Assembly: GCF_009914755.1 (NCBI RefSeq)
Contig: NC_060943.1
Direction: 5' to 3' (one strand)
DNA from: the human T2T-CHM13v2.0 reference genome, Homo sapiens
DNA length: 64,000 nucleotides
The notes beneath the pieces were generated by a model. The model worked only from the letters and a program-made list of their open reading frames with translations, searched no databases and was not told the origin of the DNA. The position numbers and the translations under genes were made by a program. Every line of letters starts with the position of its first letter. The first letter of the stretch is position 1. This document shows, in pieces, positions 39,039 to 57,348 of the stretch.

Positions 39039-39823
39039 CATTCTAGATTTTAATATAAAAAATATATTTCAAAAGTAAAATTGGTGTCTGCTCTTTTAAG
39101 CCATGAGAGGAACACCATTGTTAGAATCTATTTACCAAAGTGCATTAGGCTTAGTAATAAGTGCTTTACGCCAAAAATCAAGTTCTACCTACTATCTAAG
39201 GGTAAAGAGAAGTAGTTTTAAAATTCCTATGTATTTCTACTACCCTAAAAAATTAAAAGCCAAAATGTTAGGAATAAAAAGCATTGCATGAAATGGTGTT
39301 AAGCATAAAGATTAAAACTGAAACTCAATATTAGGTGGTGCTGTAGCAGGACAAGCTGTAGACAAACCCCTCTGACACTGAGTTAAAGAAGGAAGGGCTT
39401 TATTCGTCTGGGAGCTTTGGCAAGACTCACATCTCCAACAACAGGGCTCCCTGAGTGAGCAATTCGTGCCCCTTTTAAGGGCTTACAACTCTAAGGGGAT
39501 CCGCATGAGAGGGTCATGATCAATTGAGCAAGCAGGGGGTACATGACTAGGGGCTGCATGCACTGGTAATCAGAACGGAATAGAACAGGACAGGGATTTT
39601 CACAATGCTTTTCCATACAATGTCTGGAATCTATAGCTAACATAACTGGTTAGGTCATGGGTCAATCTTTAACCAGGCCCAGGGTGCGGCGCTGGGCTGT
39701 CTGCCTGTGGATTTCATTTCTGCCTTTTAGTTTTTACTTCTTCTTTCTTTGGAGGCAGAAATTGGGCATAAAACAATATGAGGGGTGGTCTCCTCCCTTA
39801 TTCCCCCCCTTTGAGAATCTCAC

Positions 39824-42201
<2,378 letters not shown>

Positions 42202-45038
42202 GCTTCGGCCATGCGTGGACCAGTCAGCTTCCAGGTGTGACTGGAGCAGGTCTTGTCGTCTTCTTCAGAGTCACTTTGCAGGGGTTGGAGAAGCTGCTCC
42301 CGTCCACGTACAGCTCCCAGTCAACTAATGTTCAAGGATAGTCTCAGAGGTTGGGCCTGCTAGAATAAACTGAGTCCAACACCTCTACACAGTTATGTTC
42401 AACTGCACTCTCTGATACCGGGAGCAAGGTGGCGGGGTTTAGGGTGTTGCAAACTTCAATGGTTATGCGGGAATTTTCACAGAGCAAGCTTTGGTACTTG
42501 GTTAATCTAACATTTGTTAACCAATGATGTCCTTTGGCAGTCATTAAAGTTACCACAGCTTGGGGGGGCCTTTATATTTAGGTTTTGCCCAAGGGTTAGT
42601 TAATCTGCTTCTTGTGCTAACAGGGCCGTTGCTGCCAGAGCCCTTAGACATGGGGACCAGCCTTTGGAAACCCCATCTAGTTGTTTTGAGAGATAGGCCA
42701 CTGGCCTTGGCCAGGGCCCCACAGTCTGGGTTAAAACTCCAACTGCCATTTTTTTCTCTTTCTGACACATAAGGTATAAAGGGTTTTGTCATGTCAGGTT
42801 GCCCCAGGGCTGGGGCCAACATGAGTTTTTCTTTTAACTCATGAAAAGCTTGTTGCTATTGGCTGTAATAGATGTAGTTTATTCAATCTACATTTTTATT
42901 AACTGCCACCCACCAAAATATTGACTCATATGCTGCAGCTATTTGTTTTTAAGCTTTAAATTGATCTGATATTCCCCGTGGGACTCCAATTGCATTTAAT
43001 GAACGTGAGAGTCGATAGATCCATAAGGGGCTTCTCTCGCTTTACAATGTCTTATTTTTCCTCCTTCCGGTTGATGAAATGCCAGGGTGAAAGGGATAGC
43101 CAACTGGACTAAAGTATAAGTGCCACTCCAGTTATTCGGCAGAGTGCCCGGTAAAGGTCTACCACAATACCACCACACATCCACTCAGGGATGAACAAGG
43201 GCTGACTGATTGATAAGCTCTTGAAAATTCTTAAGCTCACTGCATCTCTTCGGGTCTCCAAGGAATGCTAAGTTTCCTCCCTGTCATGAGAGACACAAAG
43301 TGAACTTAATGTTGGGAGACAGAAGCTGGATGGCCCTTGGGTGTGACCCGAAGGGTACTGGACTTCAGGATATAGCAGAGAGAGAGCTTGGCATGACTTG
43401 TTACTTCAGGCTGTAGAATCCTGGAAAACAGCTACAATGGAGCCCACGCCTAGTCGACTGGAGGACCACCCTAGTGGAAAGGGGACAATCTGGGCCTCTG
43501 GCCTGCCATGCACACAAGCATAACAATTGCTTTTGTTTAACGTGCGGATGGAATATTTGATCTATTCCAACCAGACATTTGCATCTTGGTATCCTGTCTT
43601 AATTGCCAAAGTTTGTTTTAAGTCTTTAAAACAAGATGATCCTCTGGTAAAATGATCCTCTATAAGGAACATAGTAAAATGAATCTATGATTTTAGGAAG
43701 TTATAAAAATCAGTTAGGGCAGTCCATCCTTGCTCTTTAGTGGTCCAAAGAACGTTGGACCAACTATGGCATAAAAGTTCTACATTGGAGGGCAAGACTC
43801 CTGGTTGACAATGGAGTCTTTATCAAAATTTCCCCAGATTAAATTGTCCTAATTTACTAATGCCCAGACTGAGGAGAGTCAGGAGGGACAGAGGTACTTT
43901 TCTGAAGTACAGACCTGTCTTTGACTTGGCAAGTCCCCACAGGGTATAACAAGGTAAACATTAAATGCAATAGTTTGAGGCAAAATTGACTTGGTTATGT
44001 TAATAACTAGATGGTCAGCAATAGAGTGAGGAAAGAAGAAAGAGTAATAGAACAGATGAAAGAGTTAAATTTTTCTAAGCTTTAGTTTGGTAGGGTATTC
44101 CCCTGGGACTATGGCCCATGACACTGGAGGGGGTGGTGCTTTCTTGACTTGGGTGTGATGAGTCCATCATTTTTACACTGTATGAACAGCAGTCTTGGTG
44201 GTTAGCAACACAAGGTAGGGTCCTTCCTAGGCTGGCTCGAGTTTCCTTTTTTTTTTTTTTTTTCACCTTTTGATGAGAATGTGATCTTCAGGCTGGTGCT
44301 AGTTTACCAGAAATTCTAGGGGTGGTACATGTGCTAAAAGAGTTTTAGTTTTGAGGGAAAGTGGAAGATAAATCAAGTATATAATTTTTAAGAAATTGAC
44401 CTTTTGTTTTAAATGTGGGGACATCAGCAGTGGACTTTATAGTCCTTGGTGCCTTTCTACTGAGAAATTTCCTTTAGCACCCATTTTTTTAATTAGTTTT
44501 TAGACCAAAGAAGCCAAACACCATTTTATATTTGACAATGCTTCCTGCATGATTTTTATACCAGATAAGCTAAATGTCACCTTTATATTAGTGTGCCATT
44601 AATGTTAAACTTAGTTTTAATAAAACTTTGTAGACATATTTATTCAATTTTTAATGTCAGACCATAAAGTAAGATTTTTATAGACTCTTTTTAACCTTTT
44701 ATAATTTTTGTTGAAGAGTAGGTTAGTGCTTTAAGAAAAACTCATTGTGTTTATACTTTAATTTCCTGTTCACAGAAAAACTGGATGACACCCCTTTAAC
44801 TTTAGCTGATGTTTACACACAGAATTTTCTTTACAATTAACGTTTCAAAACTTGCTTAAACCTTCAAAACAAATTTTAACCTTTTAATGTAGGTAAAAAT
44901 CCACATTCTTATGCCTCCTTATAATCCTTTTACCAAAGGTATATTTTACCTTTCTTATGGACCTTGCACATAAACTGTTTCTTCAATAGTACTCAGGAGG
45001 CCTTATTATTTTTAAATTATACAACATTTCTTGCATAA

Positions 45039-46670
45039 TTTTTTTTTTTTTTTTGGTATATATTGATCATTCTTGGGTGTTTCTCGGAGAGGGGGATTTG
45101 GCAGGGTCATAGGACAATAGTGGAGGGAAGGTCAGCAGATAAACATGTGAACAAAGGTCTCTGGTTTTCCTAGGCAGAGGGCCCTGCCACCTTCCGCCTT
45201 CCACAGTGTTTGTGTCCCTGGGTAGTTGAGATTAGGGAGTGCTGATGACTCGTTTAACCAGTATGCTGCCTTCAAGCATCTGTTTAACAAAGCACAACTT
45301 GCATCGCCCTTAATCCATTTAACCCTTAGTGGACACAGCGCATGTTTCAGAGAGCAGGGGGTTGGGGGTAAGGTTATAGATTTTTCCTAGTACAGAACAA
45401 AATGGAGTCTCCCACGTCTGCCTCCCTCTACACAGACACAACAACAATCCGATCTCTCCCTCTTTTCCCCACACTTCCCCCTTCTCCATTCAACCAAACC
45501 GCCATTGTCATCATGGCCCTTCTCAATGAGCTGTTGGGCACACCTCCCAGGTGGGGTGGCGGCCAGGCAGAGGGGCCCCCCACCTCCCGGGGCAGCCGGG
45601 CAGAGGGGCTCCTCACTTCCCAGATGGGGCTGCCGGGCAGAGGGGCCCCCCACCTCCCAGACGGGGTGGCGGCCGGGCAGAGGGGCTCCCCACTTCCCAG
45701 ACCGGGCGGCTGGGCACAGGCGCCCCCCACCTCCTGGGTGGGGTGGCTGGCCGGGCGGGGACTGCCCCCCACCTCCCGGACGGGGCGGCTGCCGGTCGGA
45801 GTCACTCCTCACTTCCCAGACGGGGCAGCTGCTGGTCGGAGGGGCTCCTCACTTCTCAGAAGGGGCGGCCGGTCAGAAACGCTCCTCACCTCCAAGATGG
45901 GGTGGCGGCAGGGCAGAGACACTCCTCAGTTCCCAGACGGGGTCATGGCCGGGCAGAGGCTCTCTTCACATCTCAGACGGGGCGGCGGGGCAGAGGCGCT
46001 CCCCACATCCCAGATGATGGGTGGCCAGGCAGAGACACTCCTCACTTCCTAGACGGGGTGGTGGCCGGGAAGAGGCACTCCTCACTTCCTAAACGGGGTG
46101 GTGGCCGGGAAGAAGCGCTCCTCACTTCCCGGATTGGGCGGCCAGGCAGAGGGGCTCCTCACATCCCAGACCATGGGCGGCCAGGCAGAGACGCTCCTCA
46201 CTTCCTATACAGGGTGGCGGCCGGGCAGAGGCTGCAATCTCAGCACTTTGGGAGGCCAAGCCAGGCAGCTGGGAGGTGTAGGTTGTAGCTATCTGAGATC
46301 ACGCCACTGCACTCCAGCCTGGGCACCATTCAGCACTGAGTCAGCGAGACTCCGTCTGCAATCCCGGCACCTCGGGAGGCCGAGGCTGGCAGACCACTCG
46401 CAGCCAGGAGCTGGAGACCAGCCCGGTCAACACGGCGAAACCCCGTCTCCACCAAAAAATATGAAGACCAGTCAGGTGTGGCAGTGCGCGCCTGCAATCC
46501 CAGGCACTCGGCAGGCTGAGGCAGGAGAATCAGGCAGGGAGGCTGCAGTGAGCCAAGATGGCGGCAGTACAGTCCAGCCTCGGCTTGGCATCAGAGGGAG
46601 ACCGTGCAAAGGGGAGATGAGGACCATGAAAAAGGGAGAGGGAGAGGGAGAAGGAGAGGGAGAGGGAGAG
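45039..46670 (-). mobile_element. Full-length older SVA (SVA_A/B-like) inside the provirus
   Basis: (CCCTCT)n hexamer at ~46634-46670, Alu-like domain, VNTR, SINE-R, poly-T; TSD tgcataa(a)ttttt. Confidence 0.93.
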
Positions 46671-49099
46671 TGCATAAATTTTTTTTAACATTTTTCTCTT
46701 TCACAACTTTTGCAGACAATTCTTTGACATGCCTCAACTTTCTGACTTATTACAAACATTTCTTTCTTTAAACAACCAGTTAATTTATTTCAGGACAATA
46801 ATTTACCATATAACATTCTTTTTACAGAAATTCTGCCCCCCACTTTTTTTTTTCGAAGATGATAACCATTCTTTTCCAAAGCGAACTTCTTTTATGTCTG
46901 TGGACTAGACCATCTAAGGCCACAAGATTAGAAGTTACTATAATACATGTTACACTGTTAACTTTTAGCAAATTTTACTTTTGTTGAAAACCTTGTAAGT
47001 TTGGGATTTCAATTATCCTTTGCTATCAATAAGACCTTGTTTAGTCCAAATGAACTTAGAATTGGTATAGATAGGTTTTTTTTTTTTTAATTACCTTGGA
47101 GGAATCATCTATCGTCCTGTCATGAAGGGAGTTCCTCCTAGGTCTGGTCGGAATTTTGTATGGTAATTAAGATTTAGATCCCCTGTTAGGGAACCTGCTG
47201 GGTTAAGGGAATTTTCAGTGGTTAATGTTAAATCATCTTTTTTTCTTTTTTTAGGATACTTCTGAACTGGTGAGATGTGCTCAAAATAAGGTTTCCTCTA
47301 AAAGTTATTTTTCTACTTTCTTCTGTTAGCAAAGCAGTTGCCACTACAGATTGAATGCATTTGGGCCATCCACAGATTACTAGGTTAAGGATTTTTGATA
47401 GGAAGGCTACACAGGTTGTCAGTGGCCTCAGTGCTTTCAGGCTATGCCCTTGTTTACACTGACAACAAAGTGATATTGGAGTGTTGTAGGGTTATGGAGA
47501 ATACCTTTAATTATCAATTATAGGTTTTAAATTTACCTTGGCTTTTAAAGGAATAGGGTACACTGTTTGTTTTTCTTAACAACTTGTATATCTTTCTTTC
47601 TTTCTGTCTTTGATTTTCTGTCTCTTTTTCTCTTTGACTTTCCTTTTGCCTCTGTCTCTTTCTCTCTCTCTGTCTCTCTCTTTCTCTCTCTCTCTCTTTC
47701 CTTGACTCCCTCTTTGTCTCTCTGTCTCTTCCTCTTTCTCTCTCCTGGTCTTTCCCTGCCTCTGCCAGCTGCTTATGCTGCTGTTCTCTCAACCACTGTG
47801 GGGGTAGGGTGGGGGTCTAAAACCAGCCGTGAGCAAGTGTCTATGTACGGCAACTGGTCTGGGTGCCCTGGCTTACAGGTTACCTTGTGCCATACCTTTG
47901 AAACAAGGGACCTGTCCAGGCTTCCTTCTGATGGCCAACCCACTTCTAATGCTGACCAGTCTATTTCACACAAAGTTCTAAGTTTTCCTGCTCTCATAGT
48001 AACACTCTAATCTCCCTTAAATCCTTTCTTTAAATTTTTCAACATAGTTCCTAGTGGGGTGGGCTTACTTTGTGCCTGACCCATGCTTTTTTGAGACAAA
48101 ACACCACGCTCACACCACACACACACCACAAAACAAAGAATGTGTAAAAAGGGCACACATACACTTTTACAGTTTACACAAAACCAGAATCAAAACCAAA
48201 ATCAGAGTATCCAGAAATCCAAGCCAGGTCGAAACCAAAACCAAAGTATCAAGCAATCCAAGTCAACTCAAAAACAAAAACCAAAGTGCTGGTACAGGCA
48301 CACTGTGGGTGATCAGACCACACTTCCACTCAAATGGAGTGGGCAAGTTCCAAAAACTAGTCTTACCAAGTTTCAGGTGTCCAGACTCCAAGTGCCAGTT
48401 CCTTCCCGGTGTTCAGCCACTGTGCTGATCCTCCACAGGGGCATGCCACACACTGCTCTGGTGAGGCGTTCCACTGGAGTAATTGCCTACCTGGGAGTGC
48501 TCTCAGGATCCGCGTCGCTCAAGCTGGCTGCAGTCTCCAACAGGGATGCTCCACAGGGCAGGCCTAAGCCACCTAAAGGGCTGCCTCGACCATCTGTTAA
48601 TCACTTTGCTTCCTGGTTGGGGAACCAAGAAATGTAGCAGGATGAGCCACAGACAAAACCCCTCAGACACTGAGTTGAAGAAGGAAGGGCTTTATTCAGC
48701 CAGGAGCTTTGGCAAGACTCAAGTCTCCAACAACCGAGCTCCCCAAGTGAGCAATTCCTGTCCCTTTTAAGGTCTTACAACTCTAAGGGGGTCTGCGTGA
48801 GAGGGTCATGATCCATTGAGCAAGCAGGGGGTACATGACTGGGGGCTGCAGCCACTGGTAATCAGAATGGAACAGAACAGGACAGGGATTTTCACAATGC
48901 TTTTCCATACAATGTCTGGAATCTATAGATAACATAACCGGTTAGGTCAGGGGTCAACCTTTAACCAGGCCCACTGGCGCCGGGCTGTCTGCCTGTAGAT
49001 TTCATTTCTGCCTTTTAGTTTTTACTTCTTCTTTCTTTGGAGGCAGAAATTGGGCATAAGACATTATGAGGGGTGGTCTCCTCCCTTGGTGCCTGATTG

Positions 49100-49300
49100 T
49101 ATCTCAGTTCTCCCACTTATGGGCTGTATGACCTAAGTATAGTTTCTTGCCTGTCTGTGCTTGGCCCTATAGTGGTTCTGTGAGAATAATAGTGCCTACA
49201 TCCTAACGTTTTGTTTAAATTAAAGCAATTAATGCAAATAAAGGTGTCAGAAAAATGCCCAGCACATAACAAGTGTACAGGAAGTTTATTAGCTCTTATT
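49100..49300. mobile_element. MIR fragment
   Basis: ctgtatgacctaagtatagtttcttgcc...gagaataatagtgcctacatc...gcccagcacataa resembles the MIR core. Confidence 0.6.
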
Positions 49301-49949
49301 TGTTGATTCTGTTAGATCATGACAAATGTTAAGCCTGAAAACAAGATGGCCATACCACTGGTTTGTAACCCATGTTCCTTCTAATTTGTCCGTCTGGGGC
49401 TATAATAGTAGTTGAATGTTTTTAATACTAACCTTGGCAAATTCCCATATATTCACATACAGCATGGATATAAATATCTTTAAAAGATTTATCATTGAGT
49501 ACTGCTCTTTAGCACTCCAGTAAATGGATAAAGAGAAACTTAAATGGTGAGTGTTTGTCAGTTTTATTCATTAGAGAATGAGGCAAATTGTTTCTTTATC
49601 TACTTGTTTAATATATTTCTTATTTATTTTCATTTGATACATTTAAATGTAGTTTGAAAATATATATTTAAATAACTTTTTTCTCTAACAAATGAAGAAA
49701 ATCATTTATTTATAAATTTAGACAGAATTTTACTCTAAACTGTTGCTTTAGATTTTTTTTAAGGTATTATTTAGATCATTAAAAATCAGCATACTTTATT
49801 TCTGAGTGTGGGTTCAGACTATTCATGATATTAAAAGTTTACTTACATCACTACATGAGCAAGCCACATGAAATAAAAAAATATGTATATGTCTCCTGAA
49901 ATTTTAAAATGAACAAACACTTTATTCTCTGGCCCAATTTCTTAAAATT

Positions 49950-50580
<631 letters not shown>

Positions 50581-50584
50581 TAGT

Positions 50585-51100
50585 ATTAATAGTATTTTTG
50601 ATTGGCAAATAAGAGTTGTATAAATTTATGGGTTAAAATGTGGTTTTAATATATGCATATTATATAATATGATTAAGTCAAGTTTTATAACATATCTGTC
50701 AACTCACTTATCAATCATTTCTTATGATACATTTGAAATTTACTCAGTTTTTTAAAAATATAGTACTTTATAGTTTACTATCATCATGCTGCTGTGCAAT
50801 AGATCTCAAAACCTACTTACCCTGTCTTTTTGAAATTTTGTACCCTTTGATCAACAACTTCCTATTTACTTCCCACCACACCTAACCTCTCATAACCATT
50901 ATTTCATTTTCTACTTTTTTGAGTTAAACTTTATTAGATTCTACATATAAATAAGATCATGCAGTATTTGTCTTTTTGTGTCAGGCTTATTTCATCTAGC
51001 ATGATGTCTTCAAAATTTATCTATATTGTTTTAAATGATGGGATTTATCCATTGTTATGGTTGACTAGTGTTCCATCGTGTATCTATACCAAAATTTTAA
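50585..51100 (-). mobile_element. Old L1MA-type 3' end
   Basis: tttattagattctacatataaataagatcatgcagtatttgtctttttgtgtcaggcttatttc. Confidence 0.7.
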
Positions 51101-52559
51101 AAAATAATTTAAATATATGTATATTAGTTAATAACTAATATTAATTTGTTATTTACATAAATATATATTTATCTCTTGGTTGAAAAACTAGTGTGTTATG
51201 AGAAAATATTTCTTTGTTAAAGCATGTATCATTGTAATTTAGCATATAAATATTTTGTTAATAATAGCTCATTTGTACCAAGCACTAACCATAACACTAT
51301 ATGTGTTAATAAATTTAATTCTGACAGTAATTTAATAACATAAGTATACTAATTATCATTATTTCACAGTGGAAGAAAGAGAGCCACTGAGAGAAATGAC
51401 TCACTCACAATAGCAGAGCCCATATTAAAATACAGGCAACTTTGTCTTAAAGATAACTCTTGAGTACAACCATAAAAATCTTTCAAACAGATAAGACAAA
51501 ATTACTTTTAACAATTATTTTTCAGAAAAACTAACATAAATTGAATAATTGGATAAATTGTCATTGTTATACGTGTGTGTAAATGTATAAAATGGTACAT
51601 AAAATAGAAATAATTTAAGCTAGAAAAAAGATGTTAATAATTATTATGAATAAAATGGTGAGGTAGTCAATTATTATTTGTAGATGATATCTTTGTTTAC
51701 TTAGATAACAAAAAAACTACAAGACTACTTTAAATGTCTATTCAGGTGGGTAGGCAAAATTTTAAGACGATCACCTGGATTTTCAGTCTGTTGCACACCT
51801 GCTGTGTAATCTTCACCTCTGAAGTGTAAAAAACAAGTGTCTCACTGTGGTGGAAAATTACTTATGAAATTAGGTTACTAATGTGTTGACTCTGTGTTCA
51901 TCAAAAGGGAGATTACCCTGATTGGGCTAAACTTAATGAGAGGTACTTTTAAGAGAAAAAGACACATCATAGAAAAATACCCCTGCTGACCTGGAAGTAA
52001 GTGACTTCTAGGTCAACCAATTTGTAAACTGCTTATGGTGACCCCATGGCAGGAAATCTATTTGTATATTGTCAGAATTCCTGCCTTCCACGTGATGCTT
52101 CCAGTAGGAAGAGAAAAAGGATACCATGACAAGTTAAAAAAAAAAGGGAGGGGGCTCTCTTTTTTCAAGAAATAATCACCTCTCATCTGGGATAGCTTAA
52201 TATAAACAGAGGAGACCACAACATGAGCACATCGATGAGAGGAAAAAGGCAACCTGGTTGAAAGGGCTCACTGACATGATGGAGCAGCATTTACTAAGTC
52301 ACAGTGAATGATTAGCCTCTGGGATAGCAATAGTCCGCCAAGAAGTCTACACTCATTCTTATACTGATTAAATGAGCATATCCGTGCCATTCTGGAGGCC
52401 CAGTTTTACACTACATATTACAGAAATAACATAGAGACCAGTGGGTAACCTCCTAGAATTAAACTTCTTGTGAAAAAGCATATCTTATTGTTTTCACAAT
52501 TGAAAAACCTTGAAAACATAATGAATTTATATAATAAATGTAGTAATACAGATGTTTAT

Positions 52560-53625
52560 TGTTGCGGGAAGTCAGGGACGCCAAATGGAGGGACCGGCTG
52601 AAGCCATGACAGAAGAACGTGGATTGTGAAGATTTTATGGACATTTATTAGTTCCCCAAATTAATACTTTTGTAATTTCTTATGCCTGTCTTTACTGCAA
52701 TCTCTAAACATAAATTGTAAAGATTTCATGGACACTTATCACTTCCCCAGTCAATACCCTTGTGATTTCCTATGCCTGTCTTTACTTTAATCTCTTAATC
52801 CTGTCAGCCGAGAAGGATGTATATAGTCTCAGGACCCTGTAATAATTGCGTTAACTACACAAATTGTACAGCATGTGTGTTTGAGGAATATGAAATGTGG
52901 GCACCCTGAAAAAAGAACAGGATAACAGCAATTATTCAGGGAATAAGAGAGATAACCTTAAACTCTGACGCCGGTGAGCCGGGCAGAACAGAGCCATATT
53001 TCTCTTCTTTCAAAAGCAAATGGGAGAAATATTGCTGAATTCTTTTTCTCAGCATGGAACGTCCCTGAGAAAGAGAATGCACACCCAGGGGTAGGTCTCT
53101 GAACTGGGCCCCCCAGGGCGAACCTGTCTCTTATGGTCGAGATTGCAGGGGTGAAATAAACTCCAGTCTCCCTTAGCGCTCCCAGGCTTATTAGGAAGAG
53201 GAAATTCCCACCTAATAAATTTTGGTCAGACCGGTTGATCTCAAAACCTTGCCTCCTGAGAAGATGTTGTCAATGACAATGGTGCCCAAAGCTTCATTAG
53301 CAATTTTAATTTCGCCTCGGTCCTGTGGTCCTGTGATCTCGCCCTGCCTCCACTTGCCTTGTGTTCTATTACCCTGTTAAGTACTTGATGTCTGTCACCC
53401 ACACCTATTTCGCACACTCCCTCCCCTTTTGAAAATCCCTAATAAAAACTTGCTGGCTTTGTGGCTTGTGGGGCATCAGGGATCCTACCAACGTGTGATG
53501 TCTCCCCCGGACACCCAGCTTTAATATTTCTCTCTTTTGTACTCTGTCCCTTTATTTCTCAAGCCGGCCGATGCTTAGGAAAATAGAAAAGAACCTACGT
53601 GATTATTGGGGCAGGTCTCCCGATA
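52560..53625 (+). mobile_element. MER11 solo LTR (HERV-K HML-8)
   Basis: Begins tgttgcgggaagtcaggga, ends cccgata; 1066 nt; AATAAA 53441; 6-bp TSD gtttat. Confidence 0.9.
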
Positions 53626-53912
53626 GTTTATAATAATAAACTGCTAATTTTAGAAGATTCTACTATATTGTCATACAATATTGAACTTTAAACACCTTAA
53701 TATGAATATGTCTTGAATGCATGAACAGCTATGCAGGTAGTTTCTCTTAGATTAACATGATAAAAGTAACAATTAGAGAAAACATTTAGAATGGGATAAA
53801 ATTTATCAAAACCACATTTTTTCAATGGCTTGGCATAATTGTCATGCTTTTGGAAATGGCTAGATTACTAACAAGAAGCAAAGACAAAATCATGGCTTTG
53901 CCAAATGATTAA

Positions 53913-54281
<369 letters not shown>

Positions 54282-55336
54282 TAAGAATCTGTTTTCTTTT
54301 GTGACATTACACAACTGGAAAACTTGGTTATTTTACCAAGGCTTTAACTGGAATGTTGTGCTTTCTTTTAAGGAATCAAACTTGACTTAGGAAACCAATA
54401 AATCCCTTGGAAACTGGCCTCATATTTTGTGTACACAGTCCCAGTACAGGGTTTCTGATCTGTGGTAAGTAAAGAATGTCACTTTCTAGCAGGCTGGGAA
54501 GTCCAAGTTATCTTGGAACCTCAAGAAGAGAGAAATTCACTCAACTCATAAGTATTTGATGGTACAAATCCGTGGCTAGGCTTGGCTGTAAAAAGGTCTT
54601 ATCTCAGATTCCTTCTACAAAACAAAGTTCCATCAAAGCCAATTTAGAAGACCTATGTAACAAATAATTATTCTTGCTGCACCGTATGCAAATAATTAAG
54701 ATAACTATAATAAAGCAAACCCATCCTACCATGATTAGTCTTCTAATAAAAATGGGAAACTGGAGAGAGAAAATTGTTTCAAAAACTACAGCATGCCTGT
54801 TGTTATATTCTAGTCTTGCCTAACGTTTTTTATTTTTATTATTTTATTTATTTTATTTTTATTATTTTCTACAGTTTAAATTAAATTCTAATTTTTCTGA
54901 CTACAATTTCCAAAATAAGCTGTGTTTTCTTAAAGCCCTATGAATGGAAAACTAAATGTTTCAGCAGGCGCTGCCTCTGAGCCCCCATATCATCACAGGA
55001 GGAAATCTCTTCACTGTTAGTACTGACAACTAATAACCGAGTGTGCCCAGAATCCTTCTCCACCACATCTAGTGAGTCCATGGAACCCAGGGTAATTCAG
55101 AGAGTATCTGTTATAGGAATCAACTCCTGGATACATCACACATAAGTCAAAGCCTGGAAAGATGAGGAAGCAACCCCTGATAGCCCAAAGGAATGTCCTA
55201 AATATCAATATAAAGAAATAGGAAATCTTAAGCTGAAAATAGTAAAAAATAAGTAACTGAGTGAGAACTACTCATCTTACTCAGTCTCACCCCTACCTTA
55301 CCAAATACTTTTTGTCATTCCTACCTCAAATATTAA

Positions 55337-55929
55337 TGAAGCAGAAGTTTAAAAATAATAATAAGAATAAGTACTGCATTTATTCACTACTAGAAAAGTA
55401 AAAGCTAAGTCTCAGAATGTGGCAAGGCAAGGGTTAAAAGGAAAAAGAACAAATTTTCCTCTGCCTAGCAAGCTCACTTCAAGGACAGTTGTAAGTTAAT
55501 GCTGTCTGAATAGCCAAGGCCAAAGGAATGGGCTCCAGACACCCCCCCATGCCCTTCCAGAGCAAGGTTGAAGGAAGAAAAAGAAAGACGGATTATTTTA
55601 CTGTTACTCTTTTCCCAGGCTTCTTAAGCATTATTATGTTTTACAAATGTCTATATTTAGCCAGGTCTTGTTTTTCTTTCAATGCAGCTACAAGGCCACC
55701 AGCTATGCAAGGTCACAAGTTATGTTATGCTATAGGTTACATGACCTGTCACTGTATGACTAACTGCTTTTGTTTTGCTTCTGTAAGGCCACTTATAAAA
55801 ACCCCGCTCTGTCTTTGTTCAATGCTCAGCTTTTTGGATGTGAGTCCACTGAGCCAGTGCGTACCTAAAATAAACAACAATCCTCCTGTACTCCATATTG
55901 GTCTCTCTGTTCCTCAGTTTACCACAACA
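55337..55929 (+). mobile_element. ERV1-class solo LTR (LTR10-like, family uncertain) nested in the older ERV
   Basis: tg...ca termini, TATA (cttataaaa ~55792), AATAAA 55869, 4-bp TSD ttaa. Confidence 0.75.
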
Positions 55930-55949
55930 TTAAAACTTTTTAATTAAAA

Positions 55950-56249
<300 letters not shown>

Positions 56250-57348
56250 ATGAAAATTATTTACTATGCCACCTTGTGGGAATTGCTTTACTTACTCTAC
56301 TATTTGCAGTAGGACTATATGCTGTAGCGCCTTGAGGGTGGAATATTGGACAGAGAATATCAATTACTGTAGCATTTTGCTTAGTTATTATCCTCACGGC
56401 AGGAATAATGGTTACCAATAAAAAATAACACATGGGCCTTACCAAACATGCACCTCTGCCTCTCATTAGGTATGCAATGTTGTTTCTATCTCAACTAATC
56501 TGGCCTAGTAAGAGACACTGCTGAAAACTTAAAGGACTAAAAAGCTAAGGTAATACCAAAACAACCAAATAGATTCTTTGTTTGGAAACAAAATCATAGC
56601 ATGGGTCATCCCATTCCTGGGCCCTCTCCTAATAATATGCCTAGGACTAATGTTCTTATCCTGCCTAGTTAAAATTTTTCAAAGATTTGTAACTGACAGG
56701 ATCATGGCCATTTCACAGACAATTACCCCAAAACATCTACAGATGGCATTACTCCTGCAGTCTATCTGAGACCTGAAAACTCTTGGTCCCCTTGTCAGCA
56801 AGAAGTAGCCAGAAAGAACATGCCACCCCTCATCCTTTTTATAACTACAGGGTCTGGATTAATAGAGCAGGAGCTTCACCATCTTGGACAAGTACTGCCA
56901 TTTTTCACCTCAATCAATAACTGCCTAAATCCAAAGGGCATCAGTCTAATGACTAAGGTCAGCATGACCATAAACCGCAAATAACATCTCTGACCAGATA
57001 CTCTCCAAACCCCTCTATAACCAGAAACAAGCCAGCCCTGAGATAACCTCCCCCCTGGCTGGAGAGATGTCAGCCCCAAAATAACCTCCCCTCTGACCAG
57101 AGACATTCTAACCCCGCCATAAACTTCTCCCCCACACAGAAACATTTCAAACCTGTGATAAGCTGTCTCACCTTGAAAGCTTAAATAATCTTAGTCTGTA
57201 AGAGAAAGTGCTCCTGAACAAAACCAGCCAGAAGCCCCTCTCAGACCTGTCTTTGACTGTTGAGCTGCTTTTCATGTTTCTTTCCTCTTTCTTTAACTCT
57301 TACAGTGACTAATATAAATTATTAAAATAGGTTAGGAACATTTTTTTG

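Noticed and set aside
45387-46688. Many long overlapping Pro/Gly/Arg-rich ORFs (also 19458-20336 and 57461-58819)
   Set aside because: GC-rich SVA VNTR and SINE-R sequence lacking stops by composition.
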